Positions 1 through 7,710 of a stretch of DNA of 42,447 nt are shown piece by piece. The stretch's first letter is position 1. Every line of letters starts with the position of its first letter. The translations under genes and the position numbers were made by a program. The DNA is from Candidatus Nomurabacteria bacterium GW2011_GWA2_40_9 (GTDB taxonomy: Bacteria > Patescibacteriota > Minisyncoccia > Phycocordibacterales > UBA9973): the NCBI GenBank assembly GCA_000993955.1, contig LBZW01000001.1, positions 1 to 42,447 of the forward strand, given 5' to 3'. The notes beneath the pieces are model-generated. The model saw only the letters and a program-made list of their open reading frames with translations. It ran no database searches and was not told the origin of the DNA.

Positions 1-485
1 CAGGCATAGTTGCCTTGTACTCCTTTAGTTACTTTCCATGTGGTTTCATCGTAATGTTGAGCAAATTGTTTCTGGATTCTCACTTTCAGCCTTTCATATT
101 CAGGTCGTAAGCTATTTGCTTCCTTTTCAAGTATTTTCTGTATTTCGCCTTGTGAGATATTGATTTGATAGATGTCTTTGATATTGTCTTCAATTTGTTG
201 GTATGAAAGTCTAAGAATGATGGAAAGGTAGCAGATATATTTCCTGAGCTTTACTCCGATGATGCATCGAATTGATGGTAAAGATATTGCACTTCTCCAT
301 TTGTTACATTTTTCGCAGTAACCCTGCTCAACAGTATGCTTGATTGCTTCCTTTTGATTATCGAGGACTATGTCTTCCTCATAGTAGATGACGATCTTTT
401 TCCTAGTTAGTTTTGTATCACAGGTGGAACAGTTATCAATTGGATGATTTTCAATCCTAGTGATTTCAGCAGGTATTGGTCTTTG
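1..485 (-). pseudogene. IS66-family transposase fragment, N-terminally truncated and running off the left edge
   Basis: Absent from the ORF track (no ATG). The minus-strand frame is open from 485 to 1 and reads ..RPIPAEITRIENHPIDNCSTCDTKL..GYCEKCNKW..LSYQQIEDNIKDIYQINISQGEIQKILEKEANSLRPEYERLKVRIQKQFAQHYDETTWKV. This is a CxxC..CxxC zinc finger, then an HTH-like segment, then the H.DET entry into the DDE core, as in IS66 TnpC. The N-terminal coiled-coil part is missing and the frame abuts the RAYT cassette. Confidence 0.55.
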
Positions 486-491
486 GGATAA

Positions 492-509
492 AAGGGGACA
501 GCCACCATT
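492..509. repeat. Left 18-bp inverted repeat of the Y1-transposase cassette (AAGGGGACAGCCACCATT)
   Basis: Perfect reverse complement of 1226-1243 and 1275-1292. Extends to about 26 bp with 1-2 mismatches (TGGGATAAAAGGGG.. versus TGGGAAATAAGGGG..). Confidence 0.9.
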
Positions 510-542
510 GTTTTTAAAAACACAAAATGATAAAATAAAATC

Positions 543-1217
543 ATGCCACGCAATGCAAGAGTTGACGTAGGAGGAGAAATTTATCATGTAATCAATCGTG
601 CAAACGGTTGTCTTCAGATATTTAACAAAGATGAAGATTATGAACTATTTGAAGAATTACTTTTTGAAACAAAAGAACTTTTTCATATGCGTATATTAGC
701 CTATTGTTTGATGCCAAATCATTTTCATTTAGTCCTATATCCTAAAAATGACGGGGATATGGGTTTATTTATGCATCGATTGAGTAATTCTCATACCAGA
801 AAAGTGCACGCACTCACAAATACAAATGGTAGTGGGCATTTGTATCAAGGTCGCTACAAATCTTTTCTCGTAGATAAAGAAAATTATCTTTCAGCGATTA
901 TTAAATATGTTGAGCGTAATCCAGTGCGAGCTAAGCTCTCTAAACTTTGTGAGGATTGGAAGTGGGGTAGTGCTTGGCTGCGTATCAGTGGAAAACTTGA
1001 GCAACATAAATTACTTGATCAAAAATCTTTTGATCTTCCAGATAATTATATTAAATGGATTAATATTTCTGAAGATGAAGATTTATTGAAAAATATTCGT
1101 GTTTCAGTAAAAAAAGGTGTTCCATATGGTAAAGAAAAATGGGTGGATAATATGGTATTGAAATACAAACTTGAATCAACCCTAAGATCCCAAGGAAGAC
1201 CAAGGAAAGATAGATGA
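543..1217 (+). CDS. IS200/RAYT-like HUH tyrosine (Y1) transposase
   Basis: 224 aa. HUH motif in LMPNHFHLVLYP; conserved YHVINRAN N-terminus; GHLYQGRYKS; catalytic-Tyr helix IIKYVERNPVRAKL. This pattern matches COG1943 / Y1_Tnp REP-associated transposases. The gene is flanked by inverted repeats. Confidence 0.8.
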   Translation: MPRNARVDVGGEIYHVINRANGCLQIFNKDEDYELFEELLFETKELFHMRILAYCLMPNHFHLVLYPKNDGDMGLFMHRLSNSHTRKVHALTNTNGSGHLYQGRYKSFLVDKENYLSAIIKYVERNPVRAKLSKLCEDWKWGSAWLRISGKLEQHKLLDQKSFDLPDNYIKWINISEDEDLLKNIRVSVKKGVPYGKEKWVDNMVLKYKLESTLRSQGRPRKDR

Positions 1218-1295
1218 TAGAAAAGAATGGTGGCTGTCCCCTTATTTCCCAAGGAAAGATAGATGATAGAAAAGAATGGTGGCTGTCCCCTTATT
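1200..1295 (+). repeat. 47-bp perfect direct duplication (1200-1246 and 1249-1295) carrying the right inverted repeat twice
   Basis: CCAAGGAAAGATAGATGATAGAAAAGAATGGTGGCTGTCCCCTTATT occurs twice with period 49. The first copy contains the transposase stop codon (1215-1217). AATGGTGGCTGTCCCCTT at 1226-1243 and 1275-1292 is the reverse complement of 492-509. Confidence 0.9.
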
Positions 1296-1330
1296 CCCCT
1301 TATTCCCTTATTCCTTATTCTCCTTATTCC
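1287..1330 (+). repeat. Degenerate tandem repeat C(2-4)TTATT, about 5.5 units
   Basis: CCCCTTATT CCCCTTATT CCCTTATT CCTTATT CTCCTTATT CC read directly. It starts inside the end of the second 47-bp copy. Confidence 0.85.
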
Positions 1331-1421
1331 TTTTCCCAGGAGAAGGGCTGGGGATGAGGTTATTTGTCGTATTTAGTTATCCACAGGTGGCTATTTTTAT
1401 CTTGTTTGCTATGTGAGAGAG

Positions 1422-1460
1422 AGTGGAGTAGAATGTAAGGCAAGTGGGAAAAAGTGGGAA
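1422..1460 (+). promoter_or_regulatory. Candidate MraZ operator: AGTGGGAA x2 with 10-bp period, plus AGTGGAGT 21 bp upstream
   Basis: AGTGGAGT at 1422-1429, AGTGGGAA at 1443-1450 and 1453-1460, 43-80 bp upstream of the mraZ ATG. MraZ is known to bind direct (G)TGGG-type repeats with helical periodicity upstream of its own gene. Confidence 0.5.
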
Positions 1461-1502
1461 GAAGAGTTTTTGTGTAGCTTTAGTAATAATTATTTTAATC
1501 AT

Positions 1503-1943
1503 ATGTTGATCGGCGAATACATACACACCATAGATGAAAAGAACAGAATGTCTTTGCCTGCAAAGTTCCGCAAGGAACTCGGCAAGAAAATAATAATTAC
1601 TCCAGGGCTCGACCAGTGTTTGTTTATTTTCACAATCAAAGAATGGGCAAAGGTTTCAAAGAAACTTTCAAATTCAGAGTCAGACTTGTCATTTCTCTCG
1701 AGAGATAAGAGAAGTTTCAACAGATTCATGTTTGGTCGTGCAGCAGAAGTGGAGCTAGACAGTATTGGTAGAATTTTAATACCGACATTCTTGAAAGAGA
1801 GGATAAATCTGAAGAATTCTGCAGTGGTAGTGGGCGTAGAAGACAGGGTAGAAGTGTGGAATGAAAAGGTTTGGGAGGTTTACAAAGAAAAGATAGAAAA
1901 AGAATCTGGCGAATTAGCAGAAAAATTGGGGAGTGCGAATTAG
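1503..1943 (+). CDS. mraZ: Transcriptional regulator MraZ
   Basis: MLIGEYIHTIDEKNRMSLPAKFRKELG.. and a second SpoVT/AbrB-like repeat (GRILIPTFLKE). First gene of the dcw cluster. The internal ATG at 1503 is preferred over the track start at 1413. Confidence 0.9.
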   Translation: MLIGEYIHTIDEKNRMSLPAKFRKELGKKIIITPGLDQCLFIFTIKEWAKVSKKLSNSESDLSFLSRDKRSFNRFMFGRAAEVELDSIGRILIPTFLKERINLKNSAVVVGVEDRVEVWNEKVWEVYKEKIEKESGELAEKLGSAN

Positions 1944-1945
1944 GT

Positions 1946-2908
1946 ATGAAGACAGAACAGAAGACAGTACACACAAGTGTTCTTTTAAAAGAAAGTATAG
2001 ACGGGCTGAATCTTAAGAAAAATCCCCAAAGCCTTGCTTCTGGAAATAATCTTGTAGTAATAGACGGTACATTTGGCGGAGGGGGACACAGTAGTGAGAT
2101 ATTAAAAAATTACCAAAATGTAAAAGTCATCGGTATAGATCAAGACAAGAGTGCATGGGAAAAGGCAAAAGATAAATTTGTAGGGTTGGAAGACAGGATT
2201 ACTTTTGTAAATGGAAATTTTCGAGACATAAAAGAAATTGTGGAAACTTCGGGTGTTGGACACCGAGATTCCAGGTGTCCAACACCCGAAGTAGATGGAG
2301 TATTACTTGATTTGGGACTCAGTTCTGATCAATTAGAGAATTCTGGTAGGGGATTTACTTTCATGAAAGATGAGCCGTTGTTTATGACTATGAAAGCAAA
2401 TCCAACATCTTCAGATTTAACGGCACAAGATATAGTAAATAATTGGAGCGAAGAAAATATAGCAAATATTATATATGGTTATGGTGAGGAGAGGTTTAGT
2501 AGAAGAATAGCAAGGCGGATAGTAGAAGCGAGGAAGGCAAAAGAGATAAAAACTACTTTTGAACTCGTAGAGATTATAAAAAATGCAGTGCCAAAAAAGT
2601 TTCAAAAAGGCAAGATAAATCCGGCTACAAAGACTTTTCAGGCATTGCGTATGGCAGTAAATGATGAATTGAATACTCTAGAGTCTGGGCTAAGTGGAGG
2701 GTTTGATATTTTAAAAAGCGGAGGCAGGCTGTCAGTCATATCATTCCACAGTCTCGAAGACCGGATAGTAAAGAATTTTTATAAAAAGAAAGTAGTAGAA
2801 GGCAAGGCAAAATTAATAAATAAGAAAATAATAACAGCAGGAAGTGAAGAATTGAAAACAAATAATAGATCAAGGAGTGCAAAATTAAGAATAATAGAGA
2901 AAATATGA
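1946..2908 (+). CDS. rsmH: 16S rRNA (cytosine1402-N4)-methyltransferase RsmH
   Basis: HTSVLLKESI, DGTFGGGGHS, VDGVLLDLGLSSDQLE, ISFHSLEDRIVK, NNRSRSAKLR. Start at the in-frame ATG 1946. Confidence 0.92.
   Translation: MKTEQKTVHTSVLLKESIDGLNLKKNPQSLASGNNLVVIDGTFGGGGHSSEILKNYQNVKVIGIDQDKSAWEKAKDKFVGLEDRITFVNGNFRDIKEIVETSGVGHRDSRCPTPEVDGVLLDLGLSSDQLENSGRGFTFMKDEPLFMTMKANPTSSDLTAQDIVNNWSEENIANIIYGYGEERFSRRIARRIVEARKAKEIKTTFELVEIIKNAVPKKFQKGKINPATKTFQALRMAVNDELNTLESGLSGGFDILKSGGRLSVISFHSLEDRIVKNFYKKKVVEGKAKLINKKIITAGSEELKTNNRSRSAKLRIIEKI
2024..2043. repeat. Palindromic element family C/G, single unit, in frame in rsmH
   Basis: CCCCAAAGCCTTGCTTCTGG is near-identical to the left arm of the atpG copy at 26613-26632. 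The preceding AAAATCCCCAAAGC also matches 26633-26646. Encodes NPQSLASG. Confidence 0.7.
2246..2292. repeat. Palindromic element family A, inverted dimer, in frame in rsmH
   Basis: ACTTCGGGTGTTGGACACC (2246-2264), 9-nt loop, GGTGTCCAACACCCGAAGT (2274-2292): a perfect 19-bp stem. Encodes ..TSGVGHRDSRCPTPEV.. just before the conserved DGVLLDLG. Confidence 0.9.
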
Positions 2909-3270
2909 ACGAAATAAAATTAAAAATGAAGAGTTATGCAAGTAATGTGAATATTATAGACAACAATGATGTAAAAAAACGCATACTAAATATTTTACTT
3001 GTATCTTTGGGTGGACTAGCACTCTTTTATCTTCTGATATTGAGTAATATGGTACTAAACATCATAGAACGCAGAACCCTAGAAGCTCATTCTCGTGTTA
3101 TATCAAATGAAGTTGCTAATTTAGAATTACAATATATAAATATATCAAGTTCTATTGATCTAAATTTATCTGCTACTTTCGGATTTAATGAAATTAAGCC
3201 AGATTTTGCTACACGAAAACCGCTTGGTTTGAATTCTAATACTGTAAAATTAGCGAAAAATGAAATCTAA
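2905..3270 (+). CDS. FtsL-like small bitopic membrane protein (positional call)
   Basis: 121 aa, one TM (ILNILLVSLGGLALFYLLILSNMV), then a coiled-coil-like segment. Lies between rsmH and ftsI with 4-bp and 11-bp overlaps. Confidence 0.4.
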   Translation: MNEIKLKMKSYASNVNIIDNNDVKKRILNILLVSLGGLALFYLLILSNMVLNIIERRTLEAHSRVISNEVANLELQYINISSSIDLNLSATFGFNEIKPDFATRKPLGLNSNTVKLAKNEI

Positions 3271-4993
3271 TAATTCTAACTTTACAAGTAGAACCAAAAT
3301 TTTCTCTTTGTGCTTGCTTTTTTTTGCTTTTATTTTGATAAGTAAACTTTTTTTAGTTTCTGTGGTGCATGGCAAGAGTTATTCTAGTATTGCAAATCGT
3401 CAATATGTGACCCCCTCTTCAAACATCTCGGAACGAGGGTCAATATTTTTCGAACGCAAAGATGGTGAGTTAGTTTCTGCTGCAATGCAGGCAGTAGGTT
3501 TTAAAGTCACTATAGATCCGAGTCAGATAGTAAATGACATAGAAGCATATGAAAAACTATCTACAATCATAGAGATAGATAGAGATGAATTTTTGATAAA
3601 AGCAGGCAAGAAAAAAGACCCCTATGAAGAGATAATAAATAAAATAACCAAAGAGCAAGCAGACAAAGTGGGAGCCTTAAAAATTTCTGGAGTAAAAATA
3701 TCAGAAGAAAAATGGCGTTTTTATCCAGGGGGAAATTTGGCTTCGCACACTTTGGGATTTGTGGCTTACGAGGGTGATGAACTCGGGGGGCGCTACGGCA
3801 TAGAGAGAGAGTATGAGAATGTTCTGTCACGAGACAAAGACAATCCGTATGTAAATTTCTTTGCAGAAGTGTTTTCCAATTTAAATAAAAGTTTGTTTGA
3901 AAAAGAAATAAAGAAGGGAGATATTATCACCACCATAGAGCCCAATGTAGAAAACTTTTTAGAAAATGAATTGGAACTAGTGAGAGAAAAATATCAAGCA
4001 GATGCGATAGGGGGGATAATCATAAATCCTATGGATGGCTCTATCTACGCTATTTCCAGCAAGCCGGATTTTGATTTAAATAATTTTTCAAAAGTAAAAG
4101 ATGCTTCTAGTTTTTCTAACCCCATGATAGAAAATGTGCTTGAATTTGGTTCTGTGGTAAAGCCTCTAGTGATGGCGGCGGCACTAGACACCGGTGTGGT
4201 GAATGCAAATACGAGCTACAATGACACTGGTTCTGTAATGATAGAGAAAAAAGAAATTTTTAATTTTGACAAAAAAGATCGTGGTCCGGGGACAACTATG
4301 CAGGATGTACTCAGTCAATCTCTAAACACAGGTATGGTATATGTCTATCAACAGTTAGGAAAAAAAAATATGCATGATTATATGTTGTCGTACGGTATCA
4401 AAGAAAAAACTGGCATAGATTTGCCAAATGAGACGAGTGGATTGGTGTCAAACCTCACAGCAAATTTAAATAATAAACGCGAGATAGAATACGCAAATGT
4501 TGCCTTTGGTCAGGGTATAGCACTCACTCCTATAGAGATGGTGCGGGCACTTGCTTCACTTTCAAATGGGGGGAACTTGGTTGTGCCTCATGTAGTAGAT
4601 AGAATAAAATACCAAAGTGGCAAAGAAGAAAAAATAATTTATCCTACATCTAAAACAAAAATAAGTGAACAAACCGCAGAAGAAATAACTCGAATGCTCG
4701 TAACTGTGATGGATAAATCCCTGAAAGGTGGACTTGCAAAATTTGAACACCATAGCGTAGCTGTAAAGACAGGTACGGCACAGGTTGCAGACAATGTAGG
4801 AGGAGGGTATTATGAAGACAGGCACACACATTCGTTTTTCGGATATTTCCCTGCCTATGACCCTAAATTTATAGTTTTCTTGTATGCAGTAAATCCAAAA
4901 GGCGTACCTTATGCTTCTGTTACTTGGGCAGATCCATTTTTAAATATTACTAAATTTCTGCTCAATTATTATGAAGTTCCACCGGATAGATAA
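3260..4993 (+). CDS. ftsI: Penicillin-binding protein 2/3-type transpeptidase (FtsI-like)
   Basis: N-terminal TM; SxxK (GSVVKP), SxN (SQSLNTG), KTG (VKTGTA); dcw context. Confidence 0.9.
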   Translation: MKSNNSNFTSRTKIFSLCLLFFAFILISKLFLVSVVHGKSYSSIANRQYVTPSSNISERGSIFFERKDGELVSAAMQAVGFKVTIDPSQIVNDIEAYEKLSTIIEIDRDEFLIKAGKKKDPYEEIINKITKEQADKVGALKISGVKISEEKWRFYPGGNLASHTLGFVAYEGDELGGRYGIEREYENVLSRDKDNPYVNFFAEVFSNLNKSLFEKEIKKGDIITTIEPNVENFLENELELVREKYQADAIGGIIINPMDGSIYAISSKPDFDLNNFSKVKDASSFSNPMIENVLEFGSVVKPLVMAAALDTGVVNANTSYNDTGSVMIEKKEIFNFDKKDRGPGTTMQDVLSQSLNTGMVYVYQQLGKKNMHDYMLSYGIKEKTGIDLPNETSGLVSNLTANLNNKREIEYANVAFGQGIALTPIEMVRALASLSNGGNLVVPHVVDRIKYQSGKEEKIIYPTSKTKISEQTAEEITRMLVTVMDKSLKGGLAKFEHHSVAVKTGTAQVADNVGGGYYEDRHTHSFFGYFPAYDPKFIVFLYAVNPKGVPYASVTWADPFLNITKFLLNYYEVPPDR

Positions 4994-5026
4994 CATAATT
5001 ACGAATTAAAAATTACGAATTTAAAT

Positions 5027-6397
5027 ATGAAAATTTTTTTTAAAAAAATAATAATTTATATTTTACAATTAGAGTCACGATTAGTACTCAATAAATACAA
5101 GCCCAAAGTAGTGGCTATCACTGGATCTGTGGGCAAGACTTCTACAAAAGACGCAGTGTATGCTGTCCTATCAGAGTTTGCTTATGTTCGTAAAAGTGAA
5201 AAGAGCTACAATAGTCAAATAGGATTGCCACTCACTATACTCGGAGTTCCAAATGCTTGGAATAGTCCGACTATGTGGCTAAAAAACATTTTAAAAGGAT
5301 TATGGCTTGTCATCTGGCCACACAAATACCCCGAGTGGCTGATACTAGAAGTAGGAGTGGGCAAACCAGGAGATATGCAGGAAACTGCTTCGTGGCTTTC
5401 AACAGATGCTGTTATCATGACAGCGATAGGTGAAACTCCAGCACATATAGAATTCTTTAGTTCACGCAAACATTTGATAGAAGAAAAAAGCGGACTTATA
5501 AAAACTTTGAAAAAACCTGCCCGCAATGCTTCAGACATAGCTGATGCAGGCGGGGCTGGATTGCTTATCTTGAATGCAGATGATGAAGTGGTGTTGAGTA
5601 TGAAAAGTAAAACAAAAAATATAACAGTTACTTATGGTTTTCAAAAAGATTCTGACTTCTTGGCTTCCGAGGAGAGTATCTTGTATGTAAAAGAAGACGA
5701 AAATAAAACCAGAAGCAAGAGTATCCCTCAGGGTATAATGTTTCGTATAGATGAAGACGGTAGTAGTCTGCCGGTGGTGATAGAAGGAGTGTTTGGCAGA
5801 AATCATGTGTATGCTGCGCTCGCTGCGCTTGCGCTCGCTCATAATCTAAAGCTAAACATGATTCAAGCTATAAATTCGTTGAAAAATTACAAAGTCCCTC
5901 CTGGCAGGATGAGGCTCCTAACTGGAATAAAAAATACTCTTATCATAGATGATACTTACAATTCTTCGCCGTTTGCTTGCGAGTCTGCTCTCAAGACTAT
6001 AGGAGTTATAAATAAAGAATCAAAATTGAAGAACAGAAAGATAGCAATACTAGGAGATATGTTAGAACTAGGCAAATATACCGAAGAAGCACATAAAAAT
6101 ATAGGCAAATTGGCAAGAGAAAATATAGATGTGCTCGCAGTAGTCGGAGCTCGTGCAAAAGCTATCAAAGCTGGTGCATTGGAGGCAGGCTTTGATGACG
6201 AAAATATTTTTGAATTTATGACTTCGGTTGAGGCAGGAGAGTGGGTAAAAACTTTTATTAAAAAAGGGGATATTGTTTTGTTTAAGGGTTCCCAGGGTAT
6301 GCGTATGGAGCGGGCAGTAGAGGCTATACTAGAAGATCAAGAAAATAAGCACGATCTACTCGTCCGTCAAGACAAAGAGTGGCTGGATAAGAAATAA
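5027..6397 (+). CDS. murF: UDP-N-acetylmuramoyl-tripeptide--D-alanyl-D-alanine ligase MurF
   Basis: P-loop ITGSVGKTSTKD, LNADDE, DDTYNSSP, GDMLELG; dcw context. Confidence 0.85.
   Translation: MKIFFKKIIIYILQLESRLVLNKYKPKVVAITGSVGKTSTKDAVYAVLSEFAYVRKSEKSYNSQIGLPLTILGVPNAWNSPTMWLKNILKGLWLVIWPHKYPEWLILEVGVGKPGDMQETASWLSTDAVIMTAIGETPAHIEFFSSRKHLIEEKSGLIKTLKKPARNASDIADAGGAGLLILNADDEVVLSMKSKTKNITVTYGFQKDSDFLASEESILYVKEDENKTRSKSIPQGIMFRIDEDGSSLPVVIEGVFGRNHVYAALAALALAHNLKLNMIQAINSLKNYKVPPGRMRLLTGIKNTLIIDDTYNSSPFACESALKTIGVINKESKLKNRKIAILGDMLELGKYTEEAHKNIGKLARENIDVLAVVGARAKAIKAGALEAGFDDENIFEFMTSVEAGEWVKTFIKKGDIVLFKGSQGMRMERAVEAILEDQENKHDLLVRQDKEWLDKK
5516..5555. repeat. Palindromic element family D, in frame in murF
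   Basis: CCTGCCCGCAATGCTTCAGACATAGCTGATGCAGGCGGGG. The first 15 nt are identical to the atpG copy (26176-26190) and the 3' part is related (..CATAGC..TGCAGG.GGGG). Encodes PARNASDIADAGGAG. Confidence 0.8.
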
Positions 6398-6404
6398 AAC
6401 GCTG

Positions 6405-6476
6405 TGACTCTACGCGGAATCGAACCGCGATTTAATCCTTGAGAAGGATTCGTCCTAACCGTTAGACGATAGAGCC
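6405..6476 (-). tRNA. tRNA-Glu (anticodon CUC), no encoded CCA
   Basis: Hand-folded cloverleaf: acceptor GGCTCTA/TAGAGTC, D-arm GTCT-AACGGTTA-GGAC, anticodon stem AATCC/GGATT with loop TTCTCAA, 4-nt variable loop, T-arm CGCGG-TTCGATT-CCGCG, discriminator A. Confidence 0.85.
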
Positions 6477-6529
6477 AATAAATATCTGTGTATAAAATAT
6501 AGCATTTTTATAAAAAAATAGAAATTTGT

Positions 6530-7603
6530 CTAGCTGTCTAATTCCGGTTTTATAACTTCAAGCAAATTTAATTCTGGTGAAGAGCCGGCTATGCGGAGCA
6601 CATCTTTGTCTATCTTTTTGAGTTCTTTGTTTGAGGAATTGTAATGATTTACGACAGTAGAGAGTGATGCACCGAGCTTGTTGTGGTATTCATCATAAGA
6701 CTTTAGATGTTTGCCCAGCTCTTCTACTCTCTTTATTATTTCTTTTGCAGATTCTTCTATCTGCAAGGCTTTGAGGCCTTGGAGAACAGTTTGTAAATAT
6801 GCGAGAAAGGAAGTGGGGGAGGTGATGATGACTTTGTATTTACCCGCAGCACGCTGGATTAAGTTATCATTTTCATCGTCTTTCTGACTTCCCATCTTGC
6901 CTCCAATTTTATTTGTAATCAAATCATAATAAATAGCCTCATGAGGTATAAACATAAATGCGAAGTCTGTAGTGCCTTGCGCTGGTTGCACGTATTTTGC
7001 AGTTTCTACTATTCTGTTTTTTAAGTCGTTCACAAATACTACTTCTAGTCTTTTTTTCTCTGCGCTATCTACTGCTTCTATCATCTTGTTATAATTTTCT
7101 AAAGAGAATTTTGAATCTATGGGTATTATTTTATCTTTTACAAATACTACTGCATCCACGATAGTACCATCGGCAAAAGGATATTGCATTTGGTAGCTCC
7201 CCGGAGGGAGGACATTTTTGAGCACAGTCTCTAGATAATACTCTCCAAGTATTCCACGCTGTTTCGGATTCTTTAAAATATTCTCCAGGCTCTGAAGCTG
7301 GTCTGCAAAGGAGATGACTTGTTTGTTTGTCTCATCTAGCCTAGTCAGCCTCTCTGTCACATCTCTGATTATTTTATTAGATTCACTGGAATGAAATTTC
7401 AAGCTTTCATTTACTTGCTTGTGACTTTCGCCAATCTTATTATCCACTGTTCTAGACAGCTCATTGATTTGGGTGAGGATAAGATTGAGGCCTATGTTCT
7501 CTTGATCGTTTTGTGAATTTCCTGCCCCTTTTCTACTAAACAAAAAGTAAGCTATAACCACCCCTCCCACAATCCCAATAATTATAAATAAAATAGTTTG
7601 CAT
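6530..7603 (-). CDS. rmuC: DNA recombination protein RmuC
   Basis: N-terminal TM, coiled coil, RGILGEYYLETVL.., DSKFSLENY.., FMFIPHEAIY: RmuC family pattern. Confidence 0.85.
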   Translation of the reverse strand: MQTILFIIIGIVGGVVIAYFLFSRKGAGNSQNDQENIGLNLILTQINELSRTVDNKIGESHKQVNESLKFHSSESNKIIRDVTERLTRLDETNKQVISFADQLQSLENILKNPKQRGILGEYYLETVLKNVLPPGSYQMQYPFADGTIVDAVVFVKDKIIPIDSKFSLENYNKMIEAVDSAEKKRLEVVFVNDLKNRIVETAKYVQPAQGTTDFAFMFIPHEAIYYDLITNKIGGKMGSQKDDENDNLIQRAAGKYKVIITSPTSFLAYLQTVLQGLKALQIEESAKEIIKRVEELGKHLKSYDEYHNKLGASLSTVVNHYNSSNKELKKIDKDVLRIAGSSPELNLLEVIKPELDS

Positions 7604-7609
7604 ATTTTT

Positions 7610-7618
7610 ATTATAGCA
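7610..7618 (-). promoter_or_regulatory. Extended -10 (TGCTATAAT) 6 nt upstream of the rmuC ATG (leaderless-type)
   Basis: The minus strand reads ..AATGCTATAATAAAAATATG. No Shine-Dalgarno is possible in the 6-nt gap. Confidence 0.5.
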
Positions 7619-7648
7619 TTTTACATAAAATTACACTTTATTTCTCGA

Positions 7649-7690
7649 TTACCTAATCAAAACGGTCGTAAAAGTTAGGTAATTTGTTTT
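7649..7690 (+). repeat. 42-bp hairpin repeat, copy 1
   Basis: TTACCTAATCAAAACGGTCGTAAAAGTTAGGTAATTTGTTTT. An 8-bp stem TTACCTAA/TTAGGTAA with an 18-nt loop, followed by a T-tract. Lies in the divergent rmuC / PaaX-like intergenic region. Confidence 0.9.
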
Positions 7691-7710
7691 TGGTAGTGTA
7701 TAATAATGAT

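Noticed and set aside
2291-2294. GTAG/CTAC tetranucleotides adjacent to several palindromes (2291-2294, 15002-15005, 26923-26926, 26189-26192) as the RAYT recognition hallmark
   Set aside because: A tetranucleotide is expected by chance every few hundred bases, and its position relative to the hairpins is not consistent between copies. A genome-wide alignment is needed before it means anything.
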